Shown here in pieces: positions 12,530-26,625 of a stretch of 64,000 nucleotides of DNA (position 1 is its first letter; each line of letters starts with the position of its first letter). A program made the translations under genes and the position numbers. The stretch is taken from positions 1 to 64,000 of the forward strand of contig RSEE01000039.1 in assembly GCA_003971905.1 (NCBI GenBank), in the 5' to 3' direction. Origin of the DNA: Moniliella sp. 'wahieum'. Its lineage: Eukaryota. Under the pieces are notes generated by a model that saw nothing but the letters and a program-made list of their open reading frames with translations, had not been told where the DNA came from and did not search any database.

Positions 12530-13899
12530 ATGGTCATCTACCAAGCCACTGTCAGTGCTCCCGTCAACATTGCCGTGGTCAAGTACTGGGGCAAGCGCAA
12601 CACGGCCCTCATCCTTCCCACCAACGACTCGCTCAGCGTCACTCTCGACCAGGCCCAGCTCCAGAGCAAGACGTCCGCCCGAGCCGATGTGGCCTGGAGT
12701 AGGACCGCCTCTGGCTGAACGGAACCGAGGAGAAGATCCACCTGGCGGACGTCTAGACACGTGTATCGCTGAGATCCGCAGGATGCGCAAGAGCTTAGAA
12801 GACAAGGACCCGTCCTTGCCCAAGGTACGTCGTCCTTCCTCCCCCGTTTTCTCTTTCTACCGCGATGACCCACTGATCTACCCCGCGCCCGCACAGTTGT
12901 CCGAATGGGGCTTGCACGTCGTGTCGGAAAACAACTTCCCTACCGCTGCTGGCCTGGCTTCGTCCGCCTCGGGCTTTGCTGCGTTGACCTATGCCTTGGC
13001 CACCCTCTTCTCCCTAACGGAGGCCTACAGCGTGTCGGAGTTGACGCGGGTCGCGCGGCAAGGCAGTGGTTCGGCTTGCCGCTCGCTTATGGGCGGCTTT
13101 GTGGCGTGGCAGATGGGCAAGGAAGAGGATGGCAAGGACAGTTTGGCAGTCAGTGTGGCCGAGCAAGCTCACTGGCCTTCGTTGCAGGCACTGATCTGTG
13201 TCGTGTCCGACGCAAGAAGGGCACTCCATCCACCGCGGGCATGCAGCGCACCGTTGCTACCTCCCCGTTCCTTCAGGCGCGCGTGGAGCACGTGGTGCCC
13301 AAGCGGATGGAGGATATGCGAAGCGCAATTCAAGCCAAGGACTTTGACGCCTTTGCCGCCCTCACCATGGCTGACTCGAATAACTTTCATGCTTGCTGCC
13401 TCGACACCCAGCACCCATCTTTTACCTCAACGATACCTCCCGTGCTGTGATCCAGCTGATTGAGGAACTGAACCGCGCCTCGCTCGCGGACGGCGGCAAG
13501 CGCCTGGCAGGATACACCTACGACGCGGGGCCCAACGCGGTGCTCTACCACGAAAAGGAACATGCTGCACTCCTCTCCCTTATCCGCCACTACTTCCCCT
13601 CGGCCACGTTCGACGACACATTTAACTTGCTTGGTAAAGGTGCTGGTGCCTCCTTCCACGGCCCACAGGAGCAGACACCGCTACCCGCTGGCTTGCCCAA
13701 GGGATTCAACCCGCACGTCATCCCTGTCCAACCGGTTGGCGCGGTTAGTCGGCTGATCCATACCCAAGTAGGCCCCGGGCCGCAGGTGGTGGAACAGGTA
13801 CCACAGCAGAAGCCTGTGCCGGTGCAGGATAATGGCCGGACGGGGTTGTTGGACGCCGAGGGAATGCCCCTGCGCCTGCAGCATACCAAGCAAGCATGA
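12530..13899 (+). CDS. MVD1: Diphosphomevalonate decarboxylase; intron 12825-12896; frameshifts
   Basis: [63 protein letters not shown]. Confidence 0.95.
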
Positions 13900-14001
13900 C
13901 CTATCTCTCCCCACATCCCACGTACCAATTCAACGATATGGCATTGCGTGTGTGTGCGTGCGTGCGTGTATGTTTGGTTGTTTGCTTGCTTTTCAGGTAA
14001 C

Positions 14002-14603
14002 TCATAGGCAAACTGGGGAAATGCAGAAATGGCAGAAATGTCCATTCCGGCAGTTAGTAGGGAGCGACCGAGGAGAACAAGAACAAAGGTCGGAACGTAC
14101 TTGAGCCAGGTAAGATTCGGCCACAATGCGAGCGCGCGCGTTGAGCGACAGTTTCATTTCTGAGATTTCCTTGTCGACCTCCTCCATGAACTGGATGATA
14201 AAATCAACAAGTTTGTGCTTGAGCATCGACTCGGTGTGCACGTTGGTGATGAGGAACGAAATGTCGTAGCCTTGAACTGGTTTGCGCCGCAGCACCACAA
14301 AGTTCTCTGCGCGTTGCATCATGAAGCGGGTGAACTTGGAGCAGAGAATGTGCTCGATATCGTCCGCCTGTTTAATCTTGATGCTAAGCCGGACCGAGTT
14401 GATCGAAGGCTCAATCAGCACTCGCTCACTTTCGTTTCGGCAAATCGTGAGCGGCGGCTGCAGAAGCACCTCGGGCGTGCGCTGGGTCTCGACCTCAGGT
14501 GCATTGTGCCGCTCCACCGTCTGGACGCAAAGTTTTCCAAGGTGAGGGCGGCTGTGAGGGAGGAGCGCACGCATGCGAGGTAGGGGCGCAGCGTGTTGGA
14601 CAT
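14002..14603 (-). CDS. ARC19: Arp2/3 complex 20-kDa subunit (ARPC4); frameshifts near 5' end, terminal intron ~14013-14100, 3' end approximate
   Basis: [27 protein letters not shown]..., [50 protein letters not shown]. Confidence 0.93.
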
Positions 14604-15029
14604 GGCGGCCGATCGACGGAAGGATGGATATGGAGGTGGAGGTGGAGATGGTGGAGATGGAGGGGGGATGGAGCAGCAGACTCGGCCGACAGGATGGATG
14701 GGATGCTACGCATGGGCCACGTCGGGTGTCTTAGGTAAGCAGATTCTGCCCTCGTGGGTTCGATACGGGTTGCTTCAACTTGAAGCTCAGGCTTGAGCCC
14801 AGCTCCATGCGTGCGGATACACGGGGCTGTGAGAGGGAGACAAGGTGTGTGCTGGCTGACAGCCGGTGTGCCTCTTCCTCCTCCGGTTCTCCATCCACGA
14901 GTCTCCCTGATGGCCATCTATCAGCGTTCACGCAGCAGAACAGCTGTCGGAACCCAAACCGCACAGAGACGGAAAAAAATGGGTGGGGATTCGGCCGAGC
15001 ATCCGCAGCTGGGCGCACCAATTGAAGGC

Positions 15030-18000
15030 CTATAGTGCAGTAAACGCAACATATTGTTGCTCAAGCCGCTCAAGCCCCTGCTTCAGCCGGATGGCCTCCG
15101 CTGCCCAGTCCCCGCCATCATCTTCCAGCAGAGGCAGGGCTTTGTTCACCCGCGCCTGCAGCGCTTCCTTATCGGCCGTCTCCTGCGCCAAAGCACATCG
15201 CAGTGTCTCTAACTCCTGCAGAGGTTTGCATGTTGCGAAGGAGCGAAGCATCATCGCCCTGCTGTGCTGGCAACACGAGCTATCCTGGGGGAGTCAGAGG
15301 TTCTAGTCACAGAAGAAGAGGAGAGGACGTACGCTGTGTTCCTTGTCATCCCTGTCAGCAATCATAACCTTCATCGTCTTTCTGCTAGCTTGATGTTGAG
15401 GCGAGCAACGTCATCAGTCAGCTTGCTCACATCAGCCTGGGCCTGGTCCACTCGCGTTTGCATCTGTGTTAACTGAGCGACAAGCGTTCTGCGTTCGGCC
15501 TCAACCACAGCAAGCTCGTTCTGCACATCAACACGTTCCGCCTCGGCGGTACTTAGCTCCGCCACTCGGGTCTTCAGCTCACCCAGCTTGGTGTGATCAC
15601 GCGCCTGAGCATCCTTCGCCTGCTGCAACTGCGACCGGAGCAACTGCCGATCGTCCTCTGCCTCTGCCAGGGTTTGCCGCACCGCTGCCAAGTCGCTCTC
15701 CACCGCTTCTCTGGCTGCCATAGCGATGGTTGCCGCCTGTTGCGCCAAGGCCAGCTGTGTTTCCACACCTTCCTTGGACGTGCGCAATCTTGCGTTTTCT
15801 TCCTCCAAGTCGTGCGCCTGGATCTGGTGCGTTTCCAGTTGCATCCGTACATGCGCTGTCGCTTCCTGCGCAGCGATAAGATCTTCGTTTCTCTGCACCA
15901 GTTCCTTATGGGTGCGAGCTTCCTTTTCCTCGGCAGTAGTCAGCTTACCCTTGAGTTGCTCCTGCACCGAGACAGCCTCTTCGACCGCCTTGGCTAGCAG
16001 CACACGTTCTTCCTGCACCGTGCTCAGTTCCTCCTCACCCCGCATAAGCGTCTGCTGAACCTGCTCGTGCTCCGCTTGCAAGGTGCAGAACGTCACGCTG
16101 TCCTGTTCTCTCGCCGCGTGCATCTCTTCCCCCACAGCGTTGGCTTGGCGTAGCGCTTCTTGCACCTCACATAGTTTCACCTGTGCTGCTTTCGATTCGA
16201 CTGTCTCACGTTCAAGAGCCATCTCTTTTTGCTTGAGCTCTTCTGCCGTCTGTGCCATTTGAGCAGATAAATCTGCCAGGTCCGTTTGCACTGCATCCCG
16301 TTCGGTTTGGAGCTCTGCACGCGTTTCTTCTGCGTGAGCTAGCTGAGCCTGTACCAAGGCAAGGTGTGTTGCATGTTTCTGCTGCAGCTGCTGAAGAGAA
16401 GTCTGGTACATTGCCTCCGTCTCAAGTGTTGCTTCGCTAGGGACGCTCCCTCTGGTGTCCGAAACAGTCTGGTGGGCTTTTTGGCTGACCTGCAAAGCAG
16501 TCTCCGAAGCCGCGGACGCCTGCTTGCTCGAATCTTCTTCTTGGGAAAGCTGATCGCGCTGGGCAACGTCCATCTTCCCGTGCGCCATGGTCATTTGTTG
16601 GCGATACGTCTCGATCTGCTCCTTCGCTTCATCGTACTTCCCTGACCATTCTTGCAGTGCGCTGTGCTGCTTCTTGCTAGCCTCCTTTTCAGTTGCAAGC
16701 TCATCCGTTACCAATCGGAGCGTGGTGTGCGCCTCCTCCAATTCCACCTTAACCGACGCCCAGTCCGCTTCCACCTCCTCCAGACGAGCAGCAAGCTGGG
16801 CAATGTCTTCCGCTGTTTTGAACCGCACATTTTCCTGTTCAGTAGCCAATGCCGCCTTGGCCGATTCTAGCTCACCCTGTGCGGATGTCAACACCGCCAC
16901 TTCCTTGCGTAACGACACGTTCTGCGTCTCCGTATCGTTGACTTGTTCCTCCATCTGGGCCAGGCGGGCCCGATGGGTCACCAGGGCCGCTCGAACCGCC
17001 AGGAGTGTCTCGTTTGTCTCCTCCGTCTGCTGTCGCTCCACCATGTTGGCCTGCTGAGCTTGCTGCAGCTGCGCCTGAGCCGTGGCAAGGTCCGAGCGCA
17101 ACATGTCCTCCTCCTCGGCACGCACAAGCGCCGCGGCCAACTGATCCTGTACCGCCTGCAGCGCCGTCTGTTGCTCTTGGGCACGCTTCTGAAATTCGTT
17201 CGATTCAGCCAGAGCACGTTGGGCATCCTTCAGCTCAGCAGATACTTTGTTCACCTCTCGGACCAGTATCGTTTTCTCTTCCTGCACTTGCTCCAACATC
17301 GAAACGGTGGCCTGTTGCGCCGGGCTAGCCTCGAGGAGACATGCCCCCAGATCCTCTGAGAGAGAAAGATGGGCATGCCCTTCGCTTGCCTGTGTGTCCG
17401 GCAGGGAAAAAGCGAGTACTTGCCGCTGTGCATGTTGTTCATTCAGTGCTTCCTTGCGCTCTGCCCGAAGCGAACGGAGGCGAGATGCATGGTCCTCTTC
17501 TTCCTTGTCGAGCCCGTGTTGCACGAGGGCCAGTTGGTCCGTCGCTTGCGCTTCCTTGGCACGCACCGCACCTACTTGCTCCCCCATTGCTCGGGATGAC
17601 ACCAATGCTTGTTCCTTCTTCTGCAGCTGTGCTGATTGGACCACCACCTTGTCCAGGGCCGCACCGGAATCTACCCGCTGTGCCTCCCGCGCCTCCACAT
17701 GCGCATAATCATAATTCATCTCGCCCTCCTCCCGATCCAGCTCTAGCTCTGCATCTTGTTCATCCTCAGCCCGGACGAGCGGCGGGAGGTCGGGCTCGGT
17801 CTCGTCCGACTGGCCCCGGCGAGGAGGTGGAACAGGTGCGTCGCTCTCCACCTCCGGTGTCTTATTCGTGTCTCCTACCTGCAGGTCGGGAACGCTGTTG
17901 GTCTGGGGCGACGCATGGTGCAACGGGGCCGAGTCGGACGAGGGCGGATGGGAGGCTGAGCGGGTGAGCCTTCCCTTTGCGGAACTTGGCCGAAGGGCAA

Positions 18001-18494
18001 GGGAGGAAGAGGGTCGGGGGATGTGGGAGGCGGCAGACCGAGTGGGACGGGGGCAGGTACCCCCGTTTTGTTGAGTGGATGAGCCAGCTTGGAGGTGGAG
18101 GTGGAGGTGGAGGTGGAGGTGGAGGTGGAAGCGGAGGAAGGGGCAGAGGGAGGGCAGGTGAGGTTGTCTTTGCTCTTGCTCCCGAGCCGGCTGAGGGCCG
18201 AGGACGGGCGGCTGGGCTGGGGAGACAGGCGAGAAGGTGGGGGTGGGGGGGGGAGTGAAGGGCCGAAGAAGAAGCGGCTGAGGATGTGTTGGGCCGTCGT
18301 GCGGCAGCCAGGGGCGAAGAGGGGGCATGCTTGGCAGTCCGGGCGGGAGGCACACTACTCTTGGCGGGAGGTGGCTTGGCGTGGCCAAGCGAGGCGCGGG
18401 TGGCGAGGTGCGAGTGTGGCACCGCGGGAGCCGATGGGCCGGCGCGCGCCGAGGTCCGCTGGGTGGGGCGGACAGGCGGACCAAAGGAGGTCAT
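15030..18494 (-). CDS. Large coiled-coil protein with Ser/Pro-rich N-terminus, function unknown
   Basis: ORF 15371..18484 has about 750 aa of E/Q/A/L heptad-like sequence. Probable start MTSFGPP at 18494 is in another frame. The last exon(s) lie at ~15030-15300 after gtacgt-type intron(s). Confidence 0.7.
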
Positions 18495-19592
18495 TGTTGG
18501 GTGCTCTTCTGTGATATGCGCGATGGCTGGGGAGAGGCACAGCAGCAGAAGGAAGGCGGCGGCGGCGGTAAGAAGCGTGCAGTGGTTGATGGGGTTGTGG
18601 CGTTGGCCCCCCACACACATGCCCACAGGGGCTATCCTGAGGCCTGACGCGTGACGAAGCGTGCCCTGAGCGCCTGAGGTACCACCGTCAGGCTGTCAGG
18701 GCCAGGCTCATGTGGTTTTCGACACATGCCATTCATCATTCATCTCTTTCCCACGGGAGCCGATAGCACGAATACGCAGTAGGCACGCGGCGCACGTGCC
18801 TCCCCTACAAGAAACCAATGCGGATGCGACCCCAGCGGGGGTCCCGGTCAGGGCACAAGAGAGAGATCACACCGCACAGAGCCAGCGCCCGAAGTTCCCC
18901 GCTGGAAGGTAACCGGTAATGCCGTTGTTCCCCTTGGAGGCGCAATTGGTTTTCCCGGAGGGCGGGACTATTCTCGAAGTATATATATCTTTAGCTCAGG
19001 TCTCTCTGAGTGAGGCACCAGGGAGCAGTCCTGCTCGGCTAACGTGACCTGGCTAGTGCCCCATGCGGCAGGCTGGCTCGGCTACAGTCTGCCTTGCTGG
19101 GAGGCGAACTAGGGTCTCCATATATCTGTGAGATTGAGGGCACCAGGCGGCAGTCGGCTCGGCTTAATTGGGGTGGTAACCCTACTGTGCCAATCCTGCC
19201 AGAGCGCCGCTCAAACGCCTCAGTCACACACCTCGCCGAACGCGAAACGAGGCTCCTATTCGCTCGCACTTGCACCACTGCCTCTCCACATGGGTGGATC
19301 CCATCTCCATCTCCTATCTCCCATCTCTCACATCCCGCGGGCCACAGCACCATTGTTACCCTTTCGTTGTTGACCAACTATAGTAATAGAAAGCAGATCC
19401 AACCGCCGACGAAACATATCGTCGACGCTCAGCAGAATCGGGAATCGGAGGAGGGGAGATGGGGGAAAGGAAAACCAAGGAAAAAGTAGGAAAGAGGAAA
19501 AATGTGCAAGAATGAGGTGTTTGTTGCTCAATGTCGCAAGCTTAGGTCTGATCTTCGACCGTCAGCGGCTTCACCGAATCCGTCGGCGGCGC

Positions 19593-22500
19593 TCAGCCTG
19601 AGCTCTGACTGGCACTCGCCTCGGCCATCTGGACCAACGTGTCGAACACACCCGAGTGCTGGGCCATGCGATAAAAGTAGCCATCCTTCTTAGCCAGCAA
19701 CCGTGCAGGCGTATCAAATTCAACCACCTTCCCTGCATCCAGCACGAGCACGCGCGAGAACTGGGCAATCGTCGTGAGCCGATGCGCAATGACGAGCAAA
19801 ATGTTGTGCTGGAACCGGTCACGGATCACCTGCTGAATCGCACGATCCGAAGCAAAGTCGACGCTCGCCGTGGCCTCATCGGCAATCACAATGTGGTTGT
19901 GCGAGAGCAGCGCACGTGCCATGGCGAGCAACTGCCGTTGGCCATGCGATAGGTTGCCACCCGAATCGGCCACGGGCGAGTCGAGGGTGAGCTCGGTGAG
20001 TTCCTGTGGTTGAGGTGGGGGGTGCTTGTCTCGTCGGGGTCCTTATTGTTCGGGGCATTTTGCTGGGGAGCGAACGGGGAGGCGGGTCGGCTCGGGTAGG
20101 CGATCCGGCCTGGCTGGTGGGGGAGCTGCGACTGGGGCTGCGACCGAGTCCGACCTGGGCGAGGACGGTTCGGCAAGCGAGATCGGTATGTTCTTCAAAT
20201 GGATCGAGGTTGTCGCGGACGGTACCTTGGAACAAGACAGGATCTTGAGGGATGAACGAGATACGCGACCGAAGATCGTGTAGGCCCAACGACCTTATAT
20301 CGATTCCTTCAATGGATATGCTTCCCTCGTCCGGATCAACAAAGCGCAACAAGCTGCTTGCGCATGTTGACTTGCCACTGCCTGTGCGCCCTACAATGCC
20401 CACCTTCTCCCCCGGCCGAATTTCAAACGAGACGCCCTTGAGAACCGGATCAAACGACTTGTCGTACCGCAACCACACATTGTCAAACTTGATCGTTGCC
20501 TTGCGGCTGGGCCAAGCGGCAGGCGCAGGGTGGTCTTCAATCACTTGCGCAGGTTCTTGCGGTAACTTGGGCGGCAAGTAATCTACCACCCGTTCGATCG
20601 ACGTGAGTTCCTGTTCTACGTTGGCCCAGCCGCGCGAAAGCCAGTAGCACGATAAGGTGAAGTTGGCCGCTTGCGTAATGGCAATTGCAGCCAAGCCGGC
20701 TGACATGGTACCGGAAAGAGCGAGGAGCTGCGTTCCAAACACACACAACCCTCCTACCAAGTCGACGCGGAGCATCAGCCACCGGTTGGCCATCCACCAA
20801 AAGTAATGTGCCGACGAAAAGGCGTCGACGTTGTGGTACACTTCGTGCAGCAATCGCGTCTCGGCCGAAAATGCACGGATGGTGGTAATGCCCTTGAGTG
20901 CTTCGGAATAGCCACTAAAGATGGGCGAACGGTGGACCGACTCGAGACGGCGCAGGTCGCGCGAACAAACAATGTACACCTTGGTCACTATTATGGGAAA
21001 TACAAAACGGAGAGCCGGAGGGTTAGTATCGAGTCTCGGGTATAGGTCAATCAGGAGGGCGGGGGGGGGGGGTCACGGAAGGTATTAGGAGAGAGAAACC
21101 CTAGTTCAACGGGGAAAGGAACGGAGAGGAAGGGAAGGGAAAGGATGTACGCACGTGAGTAGTACAGCCACATGACGCCCAGCGCTGGGACCATAAAGGC
21201 CGGTACGAGGAAGGCCAAGGTGATAAAGGCCGTGACGAGGGAGAAGAGTTGGATGAGGACAGTAGAGGCACCTTGGAGAACGCCCCAGTCGAGCGACTCG
21301 ATGTCCTTGCCGAATCGGTTGAGGATCTGGCCGGAAGGAGTCTTGTCCAGCCAGCGGGTTGTGGAGTGACTGACCGAATCCAGCATCCGTGCAAACAGCG
21401 TTCGGGACCCACGGAGCGAGGTAATGCACAGCAGGACGTTGACCAGGGCCGAGAAGATACAGGAAGAAAACTCAATCAAGGCAAAGATGAGCATGTAGGG
21501 ACCCGGTGCATTCTCAGCCGGGGGCAACCAGCACCACTTCTCGGCCACGCTGAATGTCATGGCGCGTACGTGAAGGTGGAACCGTAACATCAGCTTAACG
21601 AGGTAGGGAGTCCAGCGCGAATGATACACCATCCCCGAGGTTGTGAGGGGAACGACGGCGTCAGCTGCCTGGCCGCCTGTCTGCCCGCAGTCGCTGCCCC
21701 CGGACGCCCAGTAAGACAGCCACACCGAGGACAATAAGCTGGTCGCATTGTTCAGCACCAACGCCAGCATGACCACAGCGACCATCCACCAGCCCAGTGC
21801 GTGTAAGTAGACGCTATACACATGAGATTTTACCCGTCCCACCCGCACCTCCTCCTTCTCGACAATCTTGTGCGACGCCTTGCTTCCATCCAACGGGCCA
21901 ATCTTGCCTGGCTTTTGCTGCCCGATGCGGGAAGAGAGAAGCCCTTGTCTACCGCCGCATCTACCTTTCCCTCCGTCTCTTCCACGGTCGATAAGATCGA
22001 GGACGACGGTTCGGGCGACTTGCTCTTTCCTTTACTGCTCAGGCTTGCGGACACTTCGATGGCACCGGATGCAATCAAGTCGGCAGGAGCACCCATGGCG
22101 ACCACCCTGCCGCGTTCCAACTTAATCACCCGCTTAACATGAGGCAAGACAAGCGGAATATGGTGGGTGACGAGCAAGATGCTGCGTCCCTGCATCAAGG
22201 GGCCAGTCAGGCACTCGTCCACCAACTTTTGGGCCGTGTGGGTATCGACCGCCGACAAGACATCGTCCAGCAAGACGGTGCGTGCTTTGGAGTAGACAGC
22301 GCGTGCCAAAGCCACCGGGCCTTTTGTCCACCCGAAAGGGAAATGCCACCCTCACCAATCTCTTGGAGGTCTCCATCGTCAAACAGTTCAATGTCGGGCA
22401 TGAGCGCACACGCTTCCACCACAGCCTTGTACCGTTCCATGTCCATCTTTTGCCCGAACAGAATATTGTCCCGGACACTTTTTTGTTGCAGCCACGGCTG

Positions 22501-25478
22501 TTGCGCACAAAAGGAGATGCCGCCGTGAAGACCGGTGACCGGATCGACCATGCCAGGCTGCTTGTCCAACACCAACGTGCCAGCTACCACGTCCATCTCC
22601 CCCAACAGACCGGCTAGCAAACTGCTCTTGCCCGCGCCCGTTGGACCACACACCAAGGTCATGCCTTCATCGACAGCAAGCGTGATGTTGTGCAAGGTAA
22701 ATTGCCCAGCCGCGGACGGAGAATGAGGAGAAGGAGAAGAAGAGCTTGAAGCGCTGGCGACCGAGCCCGACCCGCTCGTCGTATCGCACCTGACCGTTTC
22801 GGGTGTAGGAGGGGACTTGCGCCCAAACCCGACAACGTTGGAAACGGCCTTGCGGACCGAAGCAAAGCGCGACACTGGCTTGGCCGACTTGTCTGGCGTG
22901 TCAGGATCTGCCAAGGATGGGATCTGGTGCCAGCGAAAGGTAGCGTTTGATGCCACGACATTGTCGCGCAACGGCAACACGGCTGAGCTGACGGGGCAGT
23001 GAAGCGTAGTGACGCCTTCAGGTACCTCGGGGTAATCGAGAAAGCGTTGAATGCGTTGAGCCGAAACGTACGTGTTGAGCGACAAGTTGATCATCATGGG
23101 CAACATGCCCAACGGTTTGTCGATCTGCTGGTACAGATTGAGCGCGGTGAAAGCCACGGGGACGGTGAGGGTGTGCTTGAACAAGAGTGTGTAGGAGGCA
23201 AAGCCAACGACCGAGATGGTGGAAGGGGCCAGGGCCCAGATAAGGGCTGTGGCGGAACCCAAGAGGAAGCGCACCAAAAGCAAATGAAGTTCCTGGTTTC
23301 GTAGCTTGGTCACTCGCTCCGTAAACCGGCCTTGCCAGTTGATCAGTTTGATCAAGCGCAAGTTGTTGATCATTTCGGACAGGGCCGACATGCGCGAGTC
23401 ACGCACGTTGCTCATCCGTTTGTTCAGCTTGAGCGCTTCCCTCATCACGAGCGATTGGATCGGAAGTACGAGGGGCACCACGGCAAAGCCTACAAAGGCC
23501 GACCAGCCCAGTTGGCTGTACAGCAAGACGAGACAGAGGAGCAAATCGAGGGGGGCCTTGTACAGGTTCCAGAGCATGGGTATAAGCATCCCCATTGCGT
23601 TCGCGTCCACCGACATGAGGCTCACCGTTCGACCGACCCCTTGACCATTCTGGGTGGCCTCCGCTTTCTTCCGCTCCTCTCCTTTGATGCCTTGGTGTCC
23701 GCCGCCTTGGCATCTGCCTCTGCACCCGTACCATTCCCATCTGACGAGGGGGTCTTTTTGGTGGAGTCTGTGTCGGACGCCTCCCCCGTCTCTGCGGAGG
23801 CAGTCTTCTTTTCCTCCGTCACAGCACCGGAAATGTCTTTGCACCGCATGCCCTTGGCGAAGATGGCACTGATCAGCTCGCCACGCGTGCGCACCGCACA
23901 GCGCCGACCGGCATATAGGTGGAGCAAATCCGCCTCGGAACCAAATGCAATGAGGACCAGGCCCAGCAGCGCAATCGCATAGGCAGTCTCATGACTGGTG
24001 TAGGAGCCACCCTTGACAAGTGCCATCCACATTCGTGTACGCCCAGGTCGGTGTCCGACTTGCGCTTGCCCGACTCGATGCCTTCGAGGACGCGCTTGAG
24101 AACGAGGGGCTTGGAATACGAAATGACCGTGCTCGCTACCTATACAGATGAGTGTCAGTCCCCATCCGCAACCCTCATTCTCTCCTCGGTGGCGCCGTTA
24201 ATATACTCTGAGAAGGAAAGAAAGGCAAACGTACCGTCAAAAGAAGTCCAGCAGCAGGTCGCGTGAGTTCATCACCCAAATTCGTTTGATCAAGCCCATC
24301 CCTTGCAGCTGGCTCCACCGCCAATCCAACACGCGCGCCTTGAGGTCCGCCCCCAACTGCCACACATCCTCCTCCGCAATCTTGCCCTTCTTGGAGGACT
24401 GAAGAAGCGAGTCGATCCAGCGGAACGTGCACCACTGCCATAGGGTGCAAAACGCTTCGGGCGATGTGATCTGCGAAGCGTCTTTCGCCGGGTTGGCCGG
24501 CGCCGTCAGGGCAACCTCGGGGCTGCTGCATCCCAACACCGCTTGCAAGTCCGGTGTGAGCACAGCGAGCGGGAGCGAAAAGACCAGAAACAGGGCATAG
24601 AGACAGAGTACGACACTAGCTGTCGCGGCCGTTGCGTAGCCTCCTGTCCCCCATTCCCCATCATACAACCCCGACCCATCGTACCACGAAACCCAGAGGA
24701 GGTGCAACCGCACCACCGATCCAGCAAGCAGGACCAGGAGCATCGTGAGCGTGTCGTACGGCGGGGTAGGCTGTGGCCAACCCAGTGTACGCACTACCAC
24801 GTACACCCACCCGGCCGAATCGAGGACGAGAGCAGTGAGTGCGTCACAGAAGGACACGTTGTTTGCTTCTTCCCCTGGACCCTGCGATCGCATAGCAAAA
24901 ACGCGCCACCAGTACGGCCAGATGCACACATCCAACGATGCTGAGCCCAAGCGTCACCTTAGGTGCGGGCCAGCGAGGGCCGGGGCGGGAGGGGACGGGT
25001 GGGGGGGTAGTAGCAAGAAGGGGTGTTTTTCGTTGGCGTCGGAACCTACCGCGTCCTTACCGTCCTCGTCGTGTCAGTGCGGGCCTGTGTGCGGCGCTCG
25101 GCTTGGAGGGAAGTGAGAATATCCTCAAGCGACACAAAACGGTTGCATGGAGCGGTGGAGAAAGGCAATTCCGGCAAGCGCAAGACACAGTGCTGGATGC
25201 AGGGGAAGGACCAGAGGACGTAGAGGAGAACGAGGCATGTGGGAAGCACGGCGGAGAAACGCGAGGAGCGTGCGCTCGGTTGCGTGGGACAAGGCGGGGG
25301 ACGAGGAGGCGTCAAGCGAGGCCACTTGGTGCGCAGGCGCGGCTGGGTCCCAGCCCACTGACATGGAAGGCTCTCGGATGGTTCCGGGGAAGCCCCGCCA
25401 GGGGGTGGCGAAGGCGAGGGAGAAGGGGCGGAGGAGCCATCGCGCCTCGATAGGCGAGATGGGAAGGCCAGTGTCCAT
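19593..25478 (-). CDS. ABCC/MRP-type ABC transporter (Ybt1/Vmr1-like), multi-exon, frameshifted
   Basis: NBD1: GPTGAGKSS, LSGGQK, LLDDVLSAVD. NBD2: GRTGSGKST, LSHGQRQ, IADEATASVD, IAHRL. Two TM domains and an N-terminal TM extension. Start (MDTGLP) is uncertain. Confidence 0.93.
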
Positions 25479-26625
25479 GGAGGCCAAGGGAGGGCGGGGC
25501 GCGACAGGAGAAGAGATGGTCACGTTGAGGGATATTTATGGGGCCGAGAGTGGGGAGGAGATCTGAGATCTGAGATGGAAGGGTGGTGCAAGCGCTACTA
25601 GATATTATTAGCGCAGCCATTACATATCCAAAACAGACGGCAGGCACGTGTTGTGCACATGTCATGGGTGTTACTAGTTCCTGGCCGCTGACGATGGCTG
25701 TGACTTGGACAGCACCACGCATGGTGGATGTGGCTGGGCGCCTCCTGCTCCGGGCCAAACGGCAATCATTAATCAGGCCGTCCGACGGATCCGACGAAGG
25801 AGCGGCGGGGGGGGGGAAGGCGTGTGGAGGAGCCCTCGCGTGGACCCTGCACCAAACTGCGGCGTGCTGCGAACTGCTGCGAGCGAGCGGAGCGGTGATG
25901 GCCACTGCCCCCGTGCTCTTGTCTGTGCGGGGCGGGGTTGTGCACTGTGGTCGGAGCTGCGAGGCGCAACCCACAACTATCGATCGTCATGATATACGAT
26001 CCAGGATTTTCGTGCGTATGGTTCCTGATAGGCAGATAGAGAGATACGGCTCTTTGGTCAGATCGCAGATCTCAGATTGCAGCGCGCAGATCCAGACGAC
26101 ATCGCCGCACTTCTGCGCCTGGCGCCCTTAGGATGCACATGTGGGCCAAGCAACTGTTTTGGGGTACGCAGGATGTGCTGCGCGGCCATTTGCTTACAAA
26201 AAAAAGTACAGTGGGGCCGGTGGATCCAGATAGAGATATTGAAGTGACTACTAGCCTATTCGCTTCTAAGAACACACTTCAGAACTTCAGCGCGCTGGCC
26301 TAGACGAACGGACTGGACATTGCGTACAATTTACTTAGGACACTTTCCTTTCCAATCTTCCTGCCCTCCGGATCCTGGCAGGTGCGATGAAGAGTGCGAA
26401 CGTGCAAGGGAAGTAGTGAGGGAGATGGAAAGGGATGGGTAACATGGGAAACAAGTACTAGTAGAGGAGGCGCTCTTTTTCTAGTAGTAGGGACTTGACT
26501 CGATGAGAATGACCCCCAGCAAGTTATTCGGTATGCTGACCGCGCCGGATTCGCCATCCGAAGTGAGAGGGGGGCCCTATGGACACGAGATAGATGCGAT
26601 CCGACGAACGCCGTCCGAACATCAC

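Noticed and set aside
10973..13899. Programmed ribosomal frameshifting in FCF1/MVD1
   Set aside because: No slippery heptamers or consistent context; indels occur throughout the window.
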